From: Camelus dromedarius
Taxonomy: Eukaryota
DNA: 64,000 bases
Direction of reading: 5' to 3'
Assembly (NCBI RefSeq): GCF_036321535.1
Contig: NC_087436.1
Span: 31,498,001-31,562,000 of the forward strand
Part shown: piece after piece, positions 51,115 through 64,000 of the stretch
How positions within the stretch are numbered: position 1 is the stretch's first letter
How the letters are laid out: every line of letters starts with the position of its first letter
Made by a program: the position numbers and the translations under genes
Notes under the pieces: generated by a model
Told to the model about the DNA's origin: nothing
What the model saw: only the letters and a program-made list of their open reading frames with translations
Database searches by the model: none

Positions 51115-51131
51115 CTTCCATCTAGTGGCAA
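51115..51131 (-). promoter_or_regulatory. CTCF-like site
   Basis: Minus strand TGCCACTAGATGGAAG. Confidence 0.45.
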
Positions 51132-52811
51132 AAAGCAGTAAGAAACAATGTCCTAGAAAAATACTGTGAGCAAATGGTTCTAAGTGCCATTTCAGGAATT
51201 ACTTGATGGTGAGAGTCCAACATCCAAGCTTTAAGTTATGAGTATATATTAATTATAAAAAAATAATTCTAGCAAATTGTCAGGGTTCAGCTGGGATAAC
51301 TGTTAAATTTACTTACATTCAGGAATGTATTTATATGTTTTAACAAAGACTTCTGCAACATATATAAAAGTGTATATAAAAGTATATACCAACTACCCTG
51401 CATTAAATTGAAATGGATTTGTTTTTGTATATATAATTATATTTCTGGATCAAATTGCTGGATAACTATTTAGAATTCCATTATTTCATCAGCTATTACC
51501 ACAGGGCTACGGTGCTATTATAAGTTTCAAGAAGTACAATTGAGAGCCACTAAAAGTGACCTGTCCCATTGGAATTACTAGTTAAAATGCTTTTGCAATA
51601 ATAGGCAGTGAAATACTTTGTGACTTGAAGCATGGGGTTAATTGGAGGGGGAAAAGAGGAAAAGTTTAAAGGAGATACAATCATCTGTTCAGCATCGTTA
51701 GGGCTGCTTCAAAGGCATTAATGAAAAGTAACATGCAATACACAACATAATTGTGCATTCTCTGCACTCTCAAAGGCCACCAGCTAATCCCTAATACATG
51801 AAGTTTGACTGCCCTTCTAACACTTTCTGTTCGCCTCGCTGCAAATATAATTAATGTTCTAGAAGTTAAATATGGGTTACACAGAAATGGCAAAAACATT
51901 CTCCAAGACAACAAGCTTTTCCCCCTCCCCTATTCAAGTGAGCCAGCTAACAATGTGTAATGGTAATATAAATGAAAGGTGGTCAATATATTAAATCAAA
52001 AATATATTAAGACTACATAAAGGAAAATAAAAGTATTAGTGAATGCCATGATTATTTAAAATTCAAGATTTTGTATTAAAAGAAGACTTTTTGTTTGTTT
52101 CCTAATTTTCAAGAACTGAAAAATCCTGTCTTAACACCTTCAACCCCCAAAGCAAATTTGAGTATAGGATTGAGTAAGGATTGGCTGCTGGGTTTTCTCC
52201 TCTCCCTAGCCATCCTCCCTGCTCAAATGAAAGCAGGCTAAAGTTTTATGTTCTGCTATATGTGGGAGAGAAGGAGGAGAAATACAGTGATGACACAGAG
52301 AAGGTGTGAAGCAAAGAAGATGAGATCATAGGGCAAAGCTATCTGGGAAAACAACAGGCAGAAGGTGGTTTCTGCAGTATTCTTGTGGCCAGTCTCCCTG
52401 GATTAGGCCAAGGAAAGGGTGCCAATTAACTGGAATATCCCAAAAAGCCACAAGATCTGAAGCCTCACCCCGAATAATTAAATTGACACAAACAATTGTT
52501 GCTATATGATACCAGCAAGAGCCAGGATAGGGATGGAATCCGGTGGCCCAGTAGGACTCCTGGAACCTGTGGTGGAACCTAGCCTGGTACTCATCATTAC
52601 ATTTACTTCACAATCATGTGTTTCCAGATTATAAGCAGCTGAAATGTGTGGATCTCTCTTATGGTATTATAATATAATTTTACTAAAACTAGAGATCTTG
52701 GTATTTAAAATTTTGTTTCACAATGAACAAATTCAGTTCCTGAGAAGTGAATTTCAGGCAAACTGTATACATAGTCACTGGCATTAATATTTTATTCATT
52801 ATGTTTATCAG

Positions 52812-52970
52812 TTCTTTGACCTTGGTCAAATTATGTAACTTCTTTGAACCTCAGTTTCCTCATCTATAAAATAGGGATGATAACACTCACCTGATAAGGT
52901 TTTTATGAGGAACTATGAGAAAATGCTTATAAACTACTTGGCAAGTAGTAGGTGTTCAATAAATATGAAA
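52812..52970 (+). mobile_element. MIR SINE
   Basis: gaccttggtcaaatta...cctcagtttcctcatctataaaatagggat. Confidence 0.7.
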
Positions 52971-54481
52971 TATTATCATTTATGGGATACTTAGTATATA
53001 CTAAGAATTTTTTGTACAGTATCCTGCATATAGTGTGGTATGTAACATTTGTTTATATGTGCTTGTAAAATAAAATTAACAATGTTCCCTCTGGTGCAAA
53101 TACTTCCTTATCATTGATTACTTTTGTAAATAGGCATGGAGATTTTTGTAAACAATTTTCAAAGTTGCCTCCAAGTGCTTGAATATCCAATAAACAATTA
53201 CAATTAAATATATGTTAATATTTTTGTCTTGCTTTTTTTGGAGTTTTTTAGAAAACCTTAGCTGAAAAGCTCAAGATTAGTACAGGAAATTTAAAAATAC
53301 ATAATTTAAAACAAAAGGGACAGATGAATAATAAAAAGAAAACATCTGTTAAAGAACAAAAAGAAGGTAAAATAATTATTAAAAACTTCTAATCCCTGAA
53401 GAATTGAAGTACTCATGCATTTCTGAAAGTCTTGCAACCTATGTTTATATGAAGCCATGAGCTCAGAGAAAGAAAAACAGGTCATTTCAAAGCACCCAAT
53501 TGATTTTTTTGTCCTATGTGAATCTGAGTTGGAGGGAGGCTATAATATGGTAACATTTTTTATAAAAACTTAGAGAACAGAGACATATTTTCATATTTGG
53601 ATAGAATACATTCAATACTAAATGCCTATTCATGATTTGCAGCTTTATACTATGTACTTAAAGAGGAAGATATACAGAAGGAATTGTCATAATTTGCACA
53701 CAAATACATCTGAGCTATAAAGCCCATTCACTCTTGTTTACTCTTCTGAAGCCAACTTGAAATTATTAGTTGATCACTTTTAACTTGGAAAATATTTCTG
53801 AAGGACTCCCAATATTCCCAAAAAATACAAGATAACTTTAAATTATTTTAGGCTTCTAGATAAAAGGTCTTTCTTTCCATGTCACATACTTGCTTTTTCT
53901 TCCTGAGTCTACATACAGTTTTAAATAAAATCTAGAGTAACAAATATGCTCCAGTTCTGACTCAAACTACGGGACTTTAGTGTAGAATTTTTTTTTACAG
54001 AACATCAAACCTCTCTGATTTACACATACCAATCTACATGTCCCATGGAACACAAGATTTGATGCTGAACATTATTCAACAGTTCTAACCTATTCTAATT
54101 ATTGACTAGCAAAAGGGCCTCTGGCATCCAGCTTTCTTTCTCATCTTTTGAAATAAAATTCTTCTAGAATTTTCTGCACATGCTCCAGAAAAAGTTTACT
54201 CCAACTTCACAACCACTTAAATGTAATTCTTTCACGATAAAACTTTATCTGAAACTCTAGTAATTAGAAATATTTACTAGTATAACCAATATATTCCATT
54301 TTCTGTAATACCTATTAGAAATTTTACTGCACCAATTTTATTGTAAACACATGGTAAAAAAGAAAAAAAACACTCAAACAAAGTTTTTATAGGACAGGAA
54401 GAATTACCACCCTCTCTAACAAATGGTCACATCCCTGCAGAATTGAAAAATGTTAAAAAATTAAATAATTGAGTCAAATAC

Positions 54482-54521
54482 CTGTTTGGTAAAGAGCAGC
54501 ATGCAGGGACTCAACAGCATG
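54482..54521 (-). CDS. Internal exon of unidentified upstream gene: HAVESLHAALYQT(G)
   Basis: Acceptor cctaattcttattgcag|CAT, donor ACAG|gtattt. 40 nt, phase 0 to 1. Only this frame stays open into the next exon. Confidence 0.65.
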
Positions 54522-55527
54522 CTGCAATAAGAATTAGGATCAAGACTGCCTTCATTTTAAAAAATTTAAAACAAAAATACATTTTGAACATTATTTATAT
54601 CTTAATATATCTCAGCAAGGTTAAGGCATTAAGTTTCATTATTTACTAGAAAGTTTATGATTGATAATGTTTACTGTCCTTGGTTGTGTTCATTTATTGG
54701 TAATGATATCAGATCAGTGTGGCAAATATATGGTCAGAACAAGGTGGCAAGACTAATATCACACAGCTTAACTCTGAGAGGGCCACTATATAGTCAATAT
54801 AAGCAATGCTTACTTCTCTTAATATTGTTTGTTCTTTTAAAACATTATGAGAGTGTTATTAATGGAGGGAAACTCTCCGTTTATCTTCTCATTATTTGAG
54901 TAAGTCTAGGGGAAGTATTTTCAGCAACTCTTAACTTACAACCAGCCTTTAGCCTTATTATGATATTTGTTGTAGCTATTGCACTAAAATCTTCATTAGG
55001 AAACAGATCATCATTAATTAAATTATTTTCATTTATTCAAAATTATTTCTAGGGCCTATTGAAACAAAGCATTTAGCTTATACTGCAGTGGGGAAAAAGC
55101 AAATTAGGCACTAATCACGTTCCCAAGAAGCTCACAGTTTAGTTGAGAGATAACTGAATAGATAAATCAAAATGCAAAAATGATAAAATGCAGTAAGAAA
55201 GATATACAGAAATAAAGCTTACAAAATTTGGGGGAAGAGAGTTTACTAGCAACAGAACAAGAACATTGAAGGTTGGATGGGATGTGGGCATGTTCTAAGA
55301 AAAACGATTTAATTCACTCATGTTTGGGCAAATTACTCTATTGGACACTAATTTAGATTTGTCCACTCTGTGAGAGAAAACTGAAAAAAAAAATGTGGTA
55401 ATTTCCTTCCCCACTAACCAAAATATGGTCAGGCTATATGATACAGTTTTGAACTTCTTCACTCTTGCACTGCAGGGCCTAAAGCAGAAGTTACCAGGAA
55501 CCTAGAATTCAATCAACACATCCAGTT

Positions 55528-55543
55528 GTGTGTGTGTGTGTGT
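55528..55543. repeat. (TG)n microsatellite
   Basis: tgtgtgtgtgtgtgtg run. Confidence 0.8.
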
Positions 55544-56834
55544 ATGGAAAGATAGGTAAGACTAGGCTCAGAGGCACTGAAGTGTTCAATTTGTAAAAAA
55601 GGGAGTGCTTGGAGAGTTTTCTGAATGAGAACTATAGAGAGAGATTTAGGGAATTAAAAGATTTTGTATGGAGGTAGAGAACTCATGCCTCACTCCTATG
55701 CAGAGCCCTGGGATGTGACAGAGCCTTTGACTGGGTGGGATGGAAATTTGAGGAGAATGACCACAAAGAGAATAAAAGATTTCTGTGTCCAAACTTGGAC
55801 AAGAAGCAGTGGAGTCATGAGTTCAAGGGAATATTGTGGTTTGTACTATAAAATTAATAATGGTAACCAGTGTAGATGAAAGAAGAGAGGACCCTTCCTT
55901 CCAAAAATATTTTGCACTAAGCAAGACTCCCAGAATTCTTAAAGCATCCCAGGAAAAGTGAAAAGACACTTGAAACATGATTGATACAGAGTATCCTGTC
56001 AACAAGGTACGTGTGGTCTGGGAATAGATTATCTGTTTTAGATAAATAATGAAATGTAATATTTCTTTACCCCTGTTATAAAAGCAAAGTTTCTATCTGC
56101 TACATGTTCAATTATTCAAGAAATATGTCAAGTTCCTACTTTGTCAGGCATGATCCTGAGGAATATCTCACTTGGAGGTCATACTTGAATGAGGGGAATA
56201 TACATACATTAAAATATGTTTAATATGCTAGGTGGCAATAAGTGCTAAAACAAAAGTAAATCAGAGTAAGCAAAATAAAGAATGAGCAAGAAGTTGCTAT
56301 TTTATATGACACAGTCAGAGAAAGCCTGTGTGTTAAGCAGACGTTTAAATTCAGATGAGGAAACTAGTCCCACAGACATCCAGGGAAATGTGTGTTTTAG
56401 ATAGCATTACTAGTGAGAACAAAGATCTTGCAGCAAGACAGTGCTAATCATATTTGGATAACAGTGGAGTTGATGAAGCTGGAATGGAGACTATGAGAGG
56501 AAGACTAATTACACATGAGGTCTGAGAAATAAATGATTGAGATGGCAAGCCTTTCGTATTGCTGAGCACAGGTGTGGCATGACCTAACAGTACCTGAAAG
56601 TCTGTTTCTACCCATGAATGTGGTAACTCCTATGGGACTTGCTATGGGTCCTGCCATAAACAAATAGAAAAACTGAATAAATTACATGAAACCACCACTG
56701 TCAGATATTAGACAACAAGCAGTACAAGAAAAGGGAAACAAAGTGAGCCTGTAACTACTGTGGCTGTTGGCCTGAAAGCAATTTCTAGAACTTAGCACAA
56801 GGAGAGATTTTTAAAGTTTCAAAAGGATCAAAAT

Positions 56835-57235
56835 GGTAGTAATGGGATGTCACTTCTGACAGTAGGCTATAAAAGGACTGCATTCTGTCTTGGGCGTGCA
56901 CACTTGCTCTCTTGCTCTCCAAGATTGCTTGCTGTGGAGGAAGTCAGCAGCCATGTCACAAGGCAGCCCTGTGGAGAGGTTCATGTGGTATGGAACTGGG
57001 TGTCAACAGCCAGTTGAGTGAGCTTGAAAGCACATCATCCCCTAGTCAAGCCTTCTGATGAGACTGCAGACCCTATAAAGAGCTTGACTATAATCTCATG
57101 GGAGACCTGGAGTCAGAACCACCCAGTTAAGCCATTCCCAAATTCCTAACCCATAGGAATTAAGAGATAATAAATAATGTTTTAAGATGCTAATTTGGGG
57201 AGTAATTTTATATTCATCAATAGGTAACTATTATA
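56835..57235 (+). mobile_element. MLT1 (MaLR) LTR nested in an old L1
   Basis: gccttctgatgagactgcag...gagacctggag...aattcctaacccatag...ttttaagatgctaatttgggg. Confidence 0.7.
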
Positions 57236-57239
57236 ATAT

Positions 57240-59010
57240 CCAGAATGAAAATTTAACCTGATGGGGTTGACAGCAGACTAGACACCGCAAAGGAAGGTTC
57301 AGTGGATGTGAAGACACTCTTAAATAAGGCACAGAGAAGAAAAGACTGGAAAAGAAATGACTGGAATCTCAATGACTTATGTAACTAAATTAAGCAGGCT
57401 TGACTGAGGAGAAAATAGAACAGAAAAAAGTATTTTTTAAAATTAATGGCTAAAAGTTTTCCAAGTTTTATTAAAACTACAACTCAGAGATCCAAGAAGC
57501 TAACAAAACCCCAGTTAACATAAATACCAAGAAATCCGTACCATGGCACATCATAAACACATTGCCAAAACCCTGTGATAAGAGGAAAATCGCAAAAGTG
57601 AGTGAGCAAATTAAAAAAAGATTACAAACAAAGGAAAAAAGAATATAGCACACTGTATTAGAATATGCATAAATAAGAAGGAAGTGCGGTCGTATCTTTG
57701 TAACACTGAAAGTAAAAGTCAACTGAGAATTCCATGACCAGTGAAACTATCTTTCAAAAATTAAAGTAAGATAAAGACTTCTCAGAAAAGAAATTCTATG
57801 AGAATTCATCTCAGCAGACCTATACTCTAGTAAATATTAGAGGAAGTTCTTGAAGCAGAAGAAAATGATGCCAGAGAGGGGGAAAAAACACCTTTAAAAT
57901 TCAAAAGAGTGAACAGTGCTAGAAGTGGTAAGTGTGTGAGTAGATACAAAAAAACTTACTATTCTCTATTTTTAAAAAATTTATAAAATATAATTGACTA
58001 ATAGAAGCAAAAATAAAAACAATGTTTTATGGATAGAAGAGTAAAATAATGTATTCTAGTTGTATATTATATTGTGAATTCGAAGAGTAAAAGTTACAAA
58101 GCATTTACTCTTTGAAAGATATGTTTAAGAAAATGAAAAGGCAAGCCAAGCCATAGACTGGGAGAAATTACTTGCAATACATATATTTGTCTAAGGACTC
58201 GTATCCAGAATATATTTTTCAAAACAGCTGAATTATAAAAAGACAAACAAAAATTGGCAAAATATTTGAATAGACACTTCACAAAATAAAATACATGAAT
58301 GGCCAGTAAGCACATGAAAACACAAATCAAAATTATTGGTCAGCCAAGAAATAAAATTTAAAATCACACTTGAGAAACCAGCCTACCCATACTTGAAGGT
58401 TTAAAATTTAAAAGACTGACAATACCAAGGTTGGTGAAAATGTGAAACAACTAAAATTGTCATGTATTGTTAGTACTATAAAATGGTAAAGCCACTTTGC
58501 AAATAATTTATCATTTTCTTAGAAGGACAACATATAGTTACCACATGATCCAGTAATTTCGCTCTCAGATATTTACCAAAGAGAATTAATAACATGTTTG
58601 CAAAAATACTCATATACAAATGTTCATAGCACCTTTATGCAAAATAGCCAGCATCTGGAAGCAACTCAAATGTCTACCAATAGGTGAATCAATAAAGAAA
58701 TTACAGTATATCCATACAATGGAATATTTCTGAGCAATAAAAAGGAACAAACTACGGACATGCAACAACACAGATATATTTCAAAAACATTGTGCCAGTG
58801 ACAGACCCCAGACAGAAAAGATTGGAACTACAGTATATAATTATAATTATATGAAAGTTCTAGGAAAGGCAAAACTGTACGGAAAGAAAATAAACTAGTT
58901 GTTGCTTGCGTATGAGGGTGGGAGCAGGGATTGGCTACAGACAGGCACAGGAGATGTTTTAAAGTAATCAAATTATACATTTTATTTTTTGTAAATTTTA
59001 CCCAAATTAT
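57240..59010 (+). mobile_element. Old L1 (ORF1 remnants and 3' end)
   Basis: tctttcaaaaattaaagt, agcagacctatact, tatttgaatagacacttcac, atgttcatagcacctt, atccatacaatggaata. Confidence 0.7.
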
Positions 59011-59218
59011 ATTGTTTTTAAAAAGTAGAACCTGCCTTCTGTTTAGAGAACAGGTATGGGGTGAGGATACAAGGGAGCAGGGCAAGGGGAACAGCAGGGA
59101 GACTCGTTCTTTTCAAAGACGACAGTAATAATTCAGGGTTGCAAAATTGCAACAATCCAGGAAAGATGATAGTGGTTTGGGCTACAGTGGTAGTAATGAA
59201 GGTGTTAAGAAGTGGTGA

Positions 59219-59321
59219 ATATGAAAATGAATATATGTATGTATATGCATGACTGGGACGTTGTGCTGTACACCAAAAATTGACACATTGTAATTGACTG
59301 TACCTCAATTAAAAAAAAAAA
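59219..59321 (+). mobile_element. Very short L1 3' end inserted in an L2
   Basis: L1 terminal sequence plus A tail, 12-bp TSD aagaagtggtga at 59207-59218 and 59322-59333. Confidence 0.85.
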
Positions 59322-60149
59322 AAGAAGTGGTGAGATTCTGGATATATTTCAAAAGAGGAGATGATTAGATTTGTCAATGAATTGGATTTGGGTCAAATGA
59401 TAACTTTTCATCCTGAACTGCAGAAAGACTTGCCATTTAAGATAAGACAAATTTGGGGAGTATCAGGTATGGTGGCTAAAAAGAGTTTAGTTTTAGACAT
59501 GCAAATATGAGATGCTCATTTGACAACTTAGTGGCAATATGAAGAGCTGTATACATTCATGCACACATTAGGAGGATGAAGATATACCTTTGGGAATCAT
59601 TAGCACATATAATGTATTTTAAATCATGATACTGACTGAAGTGACCAAAGGAGAAAATATATAAAAAGAAAAGGTCTGAAGATTGAGCCTTGGCAAATTC
59701 CATTGTTAAAGTCTGAAAAGAGAAGGAACAAGCCAAGAAAAATTAGGAGGAGAACTGAGAAAGTGACATTCCCAAGATAAGTGAGGGATATCCAGGAGGG
59801 AACAATCAATGTTGTCAAATTCTGATATATAAGCAAGATGATGTCCAAAAAGATTATAACAACATAAGAGCAAATCATCTGAGATAACATTTCTTGCCTC
59901 TCAGAATAGCTAAATCTTGAAAGCATGATAACATACTCTGGTAGAGAAGCTGTCTCATAACAGGAACTATCATACTTTAAAGGTGGAAATGCAAATTTCT
60001 CTATGGCACATGATTCTGTACTTTCTAGCAAAATTGTATATGGCATATGTGTTTGACCTTTGACTCAGAAAATACTATTCCTAGGATTATAGTCCAAAGA
60101 TATTCTGGCAAAAATACAAGTCTTTATGAAGTAAATAGTTAAGCAGCAG

Positions 60150-62460
60150 AACAGCAATCTATTTCCTTCTTTTCTATGGGGATGGCCTAGGTAAAAAGAA
60201 AGTGACCCAGTCAAATCTCCTTGTAAACCAGATTATGACAAATCTGGTGAAATAATGATATTTGCTAGCAAGATATTCCTTGTCAATGGAATGCTTTTGG
60301 CAGGATATATTTGGTTGGCTTAAGATTGCTTATGATTAAAATAAAATCCTAGATTTGGATTTGTGGGGCATATGTCCCTGGAAAATGTCACATAAGAAAT
60401 GTAAAAATCTGAATATAAAATGGAGATGTTTATTGACTAAAATATAGCCCCCTTTGGTGTTAAGTCCTGTAGCTGAAAACACAAGGCCTGTTGCCTCTGC
60501 CCTTTTCACAGGGGATATTGTCTAAGTCTACCCCTCACCCAGTTTTAATTAGCCGTGCTAAATGAGAACCTTTGGAATTGCCTAAATTCTCCGCAGTCAT
60601 TAATACTAAGCAATACAGAATTCCAGGAGGGCAACAATAGATCACTGTTCAAATTAAGGAAAAGGTTAAGACGGGAGTTTTGATTCCCATTGACCCCCTT
60701 TTTAACAGTCCTAGCTACTATATAAGGCATAAGGTTCCTGAAGGTAGGCAACAGACTGTCAAGGATGAAACAAGGTGGTTCCTCTGATTGCTTCAGTTAC
60801 ACCTAATACGGTGAAAACTATGTAAGAAGTGCAACAGGCCAAAGGGGCCTGGGATGCCATTATGCATCTAACCTAATATCTAACGTAATGCCTTCTTATC
60901 AATCCTAAATTCACACTCTAGCTAGACACAGTTTGCATTTTTATGGAATGGAAATCAGTGTAAATTTACGGTATTGCCAGAGCCAGAGAAATACAGTAAA
61001 TTCCCTGACATATTACCATAATCTAGTGAGTCAGGACTTGTACTAAAGAACCATAAAGAACAAGTTAACGCACTACATTGATGCTATTATGTTAATTGAC
61101 TCCTCAGAGGAAAAAGGTCAAGAAGAATTAAGAACCATAGTCACCTTTATGACAAATAGAGGATGGCTGATAAATCCAGCTAAAATTCAAGTCCAGCCCA
61201 ACATAAGAAATTCCTGGAGTAACCTGAGACATTCCTCAAACTGTGGGGAGTAAGTTACTGTCTCTAACAGACACTTTCAACAAGCAAGAAGAGCACAGCT
61301 AGGACTATTTGAGTTTTGGCAAAATCACATTGTTCCTGTTAGAATACTGTTAGCTCCTGTCACAAAGTCATCAAAAATAAATTTTATTTTAGGTGGGGTG
61401 GTAAGCATAAAAAAAAGATTTGCGGAGGATGGTGGCACAGGGAGCCCAACTATGACCTCGTGATCCAACTTCTCAGATTATATAATATTCACCTCCTAGA
61501 ATATATGCAGATGTGAAGCCTTTGGGAGAAATTAAACAGGGCTACTCAGCAAAGACCTCTTGGGTTTGGACTTGAAAAATTACTGAGGCAGCTGCTCTTA
61601 ATGAGCCCATTTGAAAGACAGATGCTAGTTTGTTTCTGGGTATTGGTCAAATGGCCACCCGGCTCCTACCACCACAGAAGGGTATCAAATAATTTTGAGG
61701 CTGGATATCAATCCTGCCTTGAATGACACCAGAGAGACATTGAACAGAGAAAAGGCAGCACAGCAAATCTCACTGACCAGGAGGAAATGCTACGTGGAAG
61801 AATACACTAGGTGGGAAGTTCAGGGGAAGTGTACTGAATATGAGAGCAAGTTGCTCACAGAGCCAGTGAGAGAGCCCTCCAAGGATCTCCCTTCCCCACA
61901 GTGCTCAGTGGTCCAAGCCCTGTGATTCTTTCCCAGCCAAGAAGCAGCTGCCTGGTTCACTAATGGGAGTTCCTGCCTTGAGGACCACATTACTGTTTGG
62001 AAATTGGCAGCTATGTGCCTTACTGATATAAATAACCTTGAGGGGAGGCAAGTCTGCAAATTTGGCAGAGTTGAGAGCTGCCAGTTTAGCAGCCGGAGAA
62101 TTAGGCTCCTGATCTCAGAGGAGCATTTGGATATTCATAGACTCTGGGTTGTAGTCAACCACAAATGGGTCCTAGATCGTTAGGCAATGGAGGAATATCC
62201 TTACGTGGCACTCAATTAAGAAAACCCCTGTGGGAATTAAGAAGAATTAAAGTGGATCGTGTGGATGTTCACAAAAAAATCCAGTTCCCAGCTCAGAAAG
62301 GAGACTGGAATGCTAAGGCAGATGCCTTAATCAGATTCCTGAGCTAGCTACCTGGGTTCTTGCACTCAGCAGGTATGGAGGTTTGGATACCAAAGCAACC
62401 TATGTCTTACCTAGCACGGGTAAATGTTACATGACATCTGTAAAAACCTGTACCATAACA
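60150..62460 (+). mobile_element. Decayed class III (ERV-L-like) pol: RT, RNase H, start of integrase
   Basis: Frameshifted peptides QFAFLWNG (60929), HYIDAIMLI (61071), RGWLINPAKIQ (61158), AWFTNGSS (61950), SANLAELRA, WNAKADA. Confidence 0.8.
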
Positions 62461-63537
62461 CCTGGAATAAACCAAATGGGACCCAGAATTTACTGAACAA
62501 TGGACTCTAGTCACCACCCTTATAAAGGGGAATGTGGTATAGGAGAAGACATTTCTATTGAGAACAGAATGATCCCATAATATTAACAAATACACGATGT
62601 GTCAAATGTTACTTTAATCTCTCTTCTACAGCTATATGGTATAACAAAGAATTTGTAAATTTATTTATACAATTAAATAAAAAGGAAGATTTATGTAAAC
62701 AATAATTTCCCAGGATAAGAAAATATTTAGGGAAGTTGAATTAAATCTCCCAACAGATATAACACTTATGGAAACAAATTGGCCGGAGAAGGCAATGTAT
62801 TTGGCCTTAGAAAAATTATACACTCAAGTTAAATTCTTAATTCAGCACATTATTTTAAAAGTTCAAATAACTGTGGATAAACAAGGGGAAAAGAGTAACT
62901 GAATTGGTAAAAGACTTATGAAGCAGTATGGTCATTGTTAAGGTATTCTGTAGAGGGAATTCTTGCTCCTTATTAAAGCTGCTGGCTGAAATTTGTTTCT
63001 CTCTGATTACCAAGGGAACATACTCCAGGAAAGAAAAAAAGACAGGTGTCCCAGTCTTAATATTTTTGTAAACATGCTGATAACTGACTTCTTTAGGCTA
63101 AGGATATGTGCTATCAGGTGAGTCCTTATCTGTGGAATTCTCTTAGCAAGATTGTCCCTGGAATCTATGGATTTATAAGGCATGGCCAAGGGAGAAATGG
63201 CATATAAGGCCTTAACTAATCTAAATATAAAATGGGAATGGGCAACCCTTCTCTTACTATGTGAGATCAGCCACAAATCTCACTAAAAGACATCATCTAT
63301 CACTGGCCAGAGAAAGTCTCTTACGCAGAAAGGAAACACCAAGATAGCCATATAGAATGAACTAGCTTTCTTTCTGACTTGCCTGAGCTTTTGGTTATTT
63401 ATATCCTTGAAATTATTAGTAAGTCTAATTTGACAGTGAAATTTTCTGTTAGCTCCAGGATGCTAACATTTATATCTAAGATGGGAGGATATGACAATTT
63501 ATACATATTTGCTTATATTAAAAAATGGAAGCATGAA

Positions 63538-63690
63538 GGGGGACGGTATAGCTCAGTGGTAGAGTGCACACTTAGCATGCACAAGGTCCTGGATTCAGTT
63601 CCCAGCAGCTCCATTACAAAAAAAAAAAGTAAAATAAATAGATAAATCAAATTACCACCCCCAAAAAAGTTTAAAAAATAAATTATTTTT
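63538..63690 (+). mobile_element. tRNA-derived camelid SINE (Vic-1-like)
   Basis: ggggacggtatagctcagtggtagagtgc head, A-rich tail, 17-bp TSD aaaaatggaagcatgaa at 63521-63537 and 63691-63707. Confidence 0.88.
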
Positions 63691-63903
63691 AAAAATGGAA
63701 GCATGAATTATAATTTTTTTAAATGGTTATCTATAGGGGTAGAGAGGTGATGGGTTGGAGGGAATCAGAATAGAGGCCAGAGTTCTCTGAGTATATCTTC
63801 ATTTGTAGATTTGAATTTGAGACCTCTTAATATTTTAAATTATTAAAAAAATTTTTAATTCCCCCAAAGTAAAAGGGGAATTAAACCAATGAACTTAATT
63901 GTG

Positions 63904-63936
63904 TATTGACTTCAGTGCATATTGACTTCAGTGCAT
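63904..63936. repeat. Tandem duplication of tattgacttcagtgca
   Basis: Two adjacent exact copies. Confidence 0.8.
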
Positions 63937-64000
63937 AATACATAGACAGAAACTACTTTCAAGTGACTTTAGAGACAGGAATTGGACTGTATATTTTTGG

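Noticed and set aside
59624..60046. Longest ORF in the track (140 aa, hydrophobic)
   Set aside because: It lies over L2/L1 remnants and has no splice context or recognisable domain.
62411..62461. Exon-like 51-nt minus-strand cassette (ttattccag|G...TAG|gtaaga)
   Set aside because: Its open frame is phase 2-2, which does not fit the phase 0 exon at 54521, and it overlaps the antisense of the ERV integrase N-terminus.
1..64000. CRISPR arrays, operons, rRNA or a CpG-island promoter
   Set aside because: This is mammalian intronic/intergenic DNA; no repeat-spacer array, rRNA or CpG island was seen.

Overview
AT-rich mammalian genomic DNA, most likely camelid, inferred from tRNA-derived Vic-1-type SINEs and camelid-style L1 3' ends. 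It is largely intron plus interspersed repeats (L1, L2, MIR, MER3/33/53, MaLR and ERV1 LTRs, a decayed ERV-L pol). Most entries in the ORF track are chance or repeat-derived. The main finding is a minus-strand, five-exon, intron-containing paralog of C4orf33 (UPF0462 family) spanning 45363-19190. All its introns are GT-AG and its reading frame is collinear with C4orf33, except that one exon has a 10-T run where 11 are needed, giving an immediate TGA. It is therefore either a recent pseudogene or a homopolymer assembly error. The first homologous exon begins with TTG directly after a splice acceptor. Upstream on the same strand are three phase-compatible exons of an unidentified gene (54521-50149). 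The last of these contains a strong internal donor that could splice in frame into the C4orf33-like exons. Also present: a TSD-flanked retrocopy of an unidentified mRNA 3' end, an L1-retroposed polyadenylated LTR fragment, and a convergent pair of CTCF-like motifs around the locus. Comparisons to C4orf33 and to repeat families are from memory, not from database searches.
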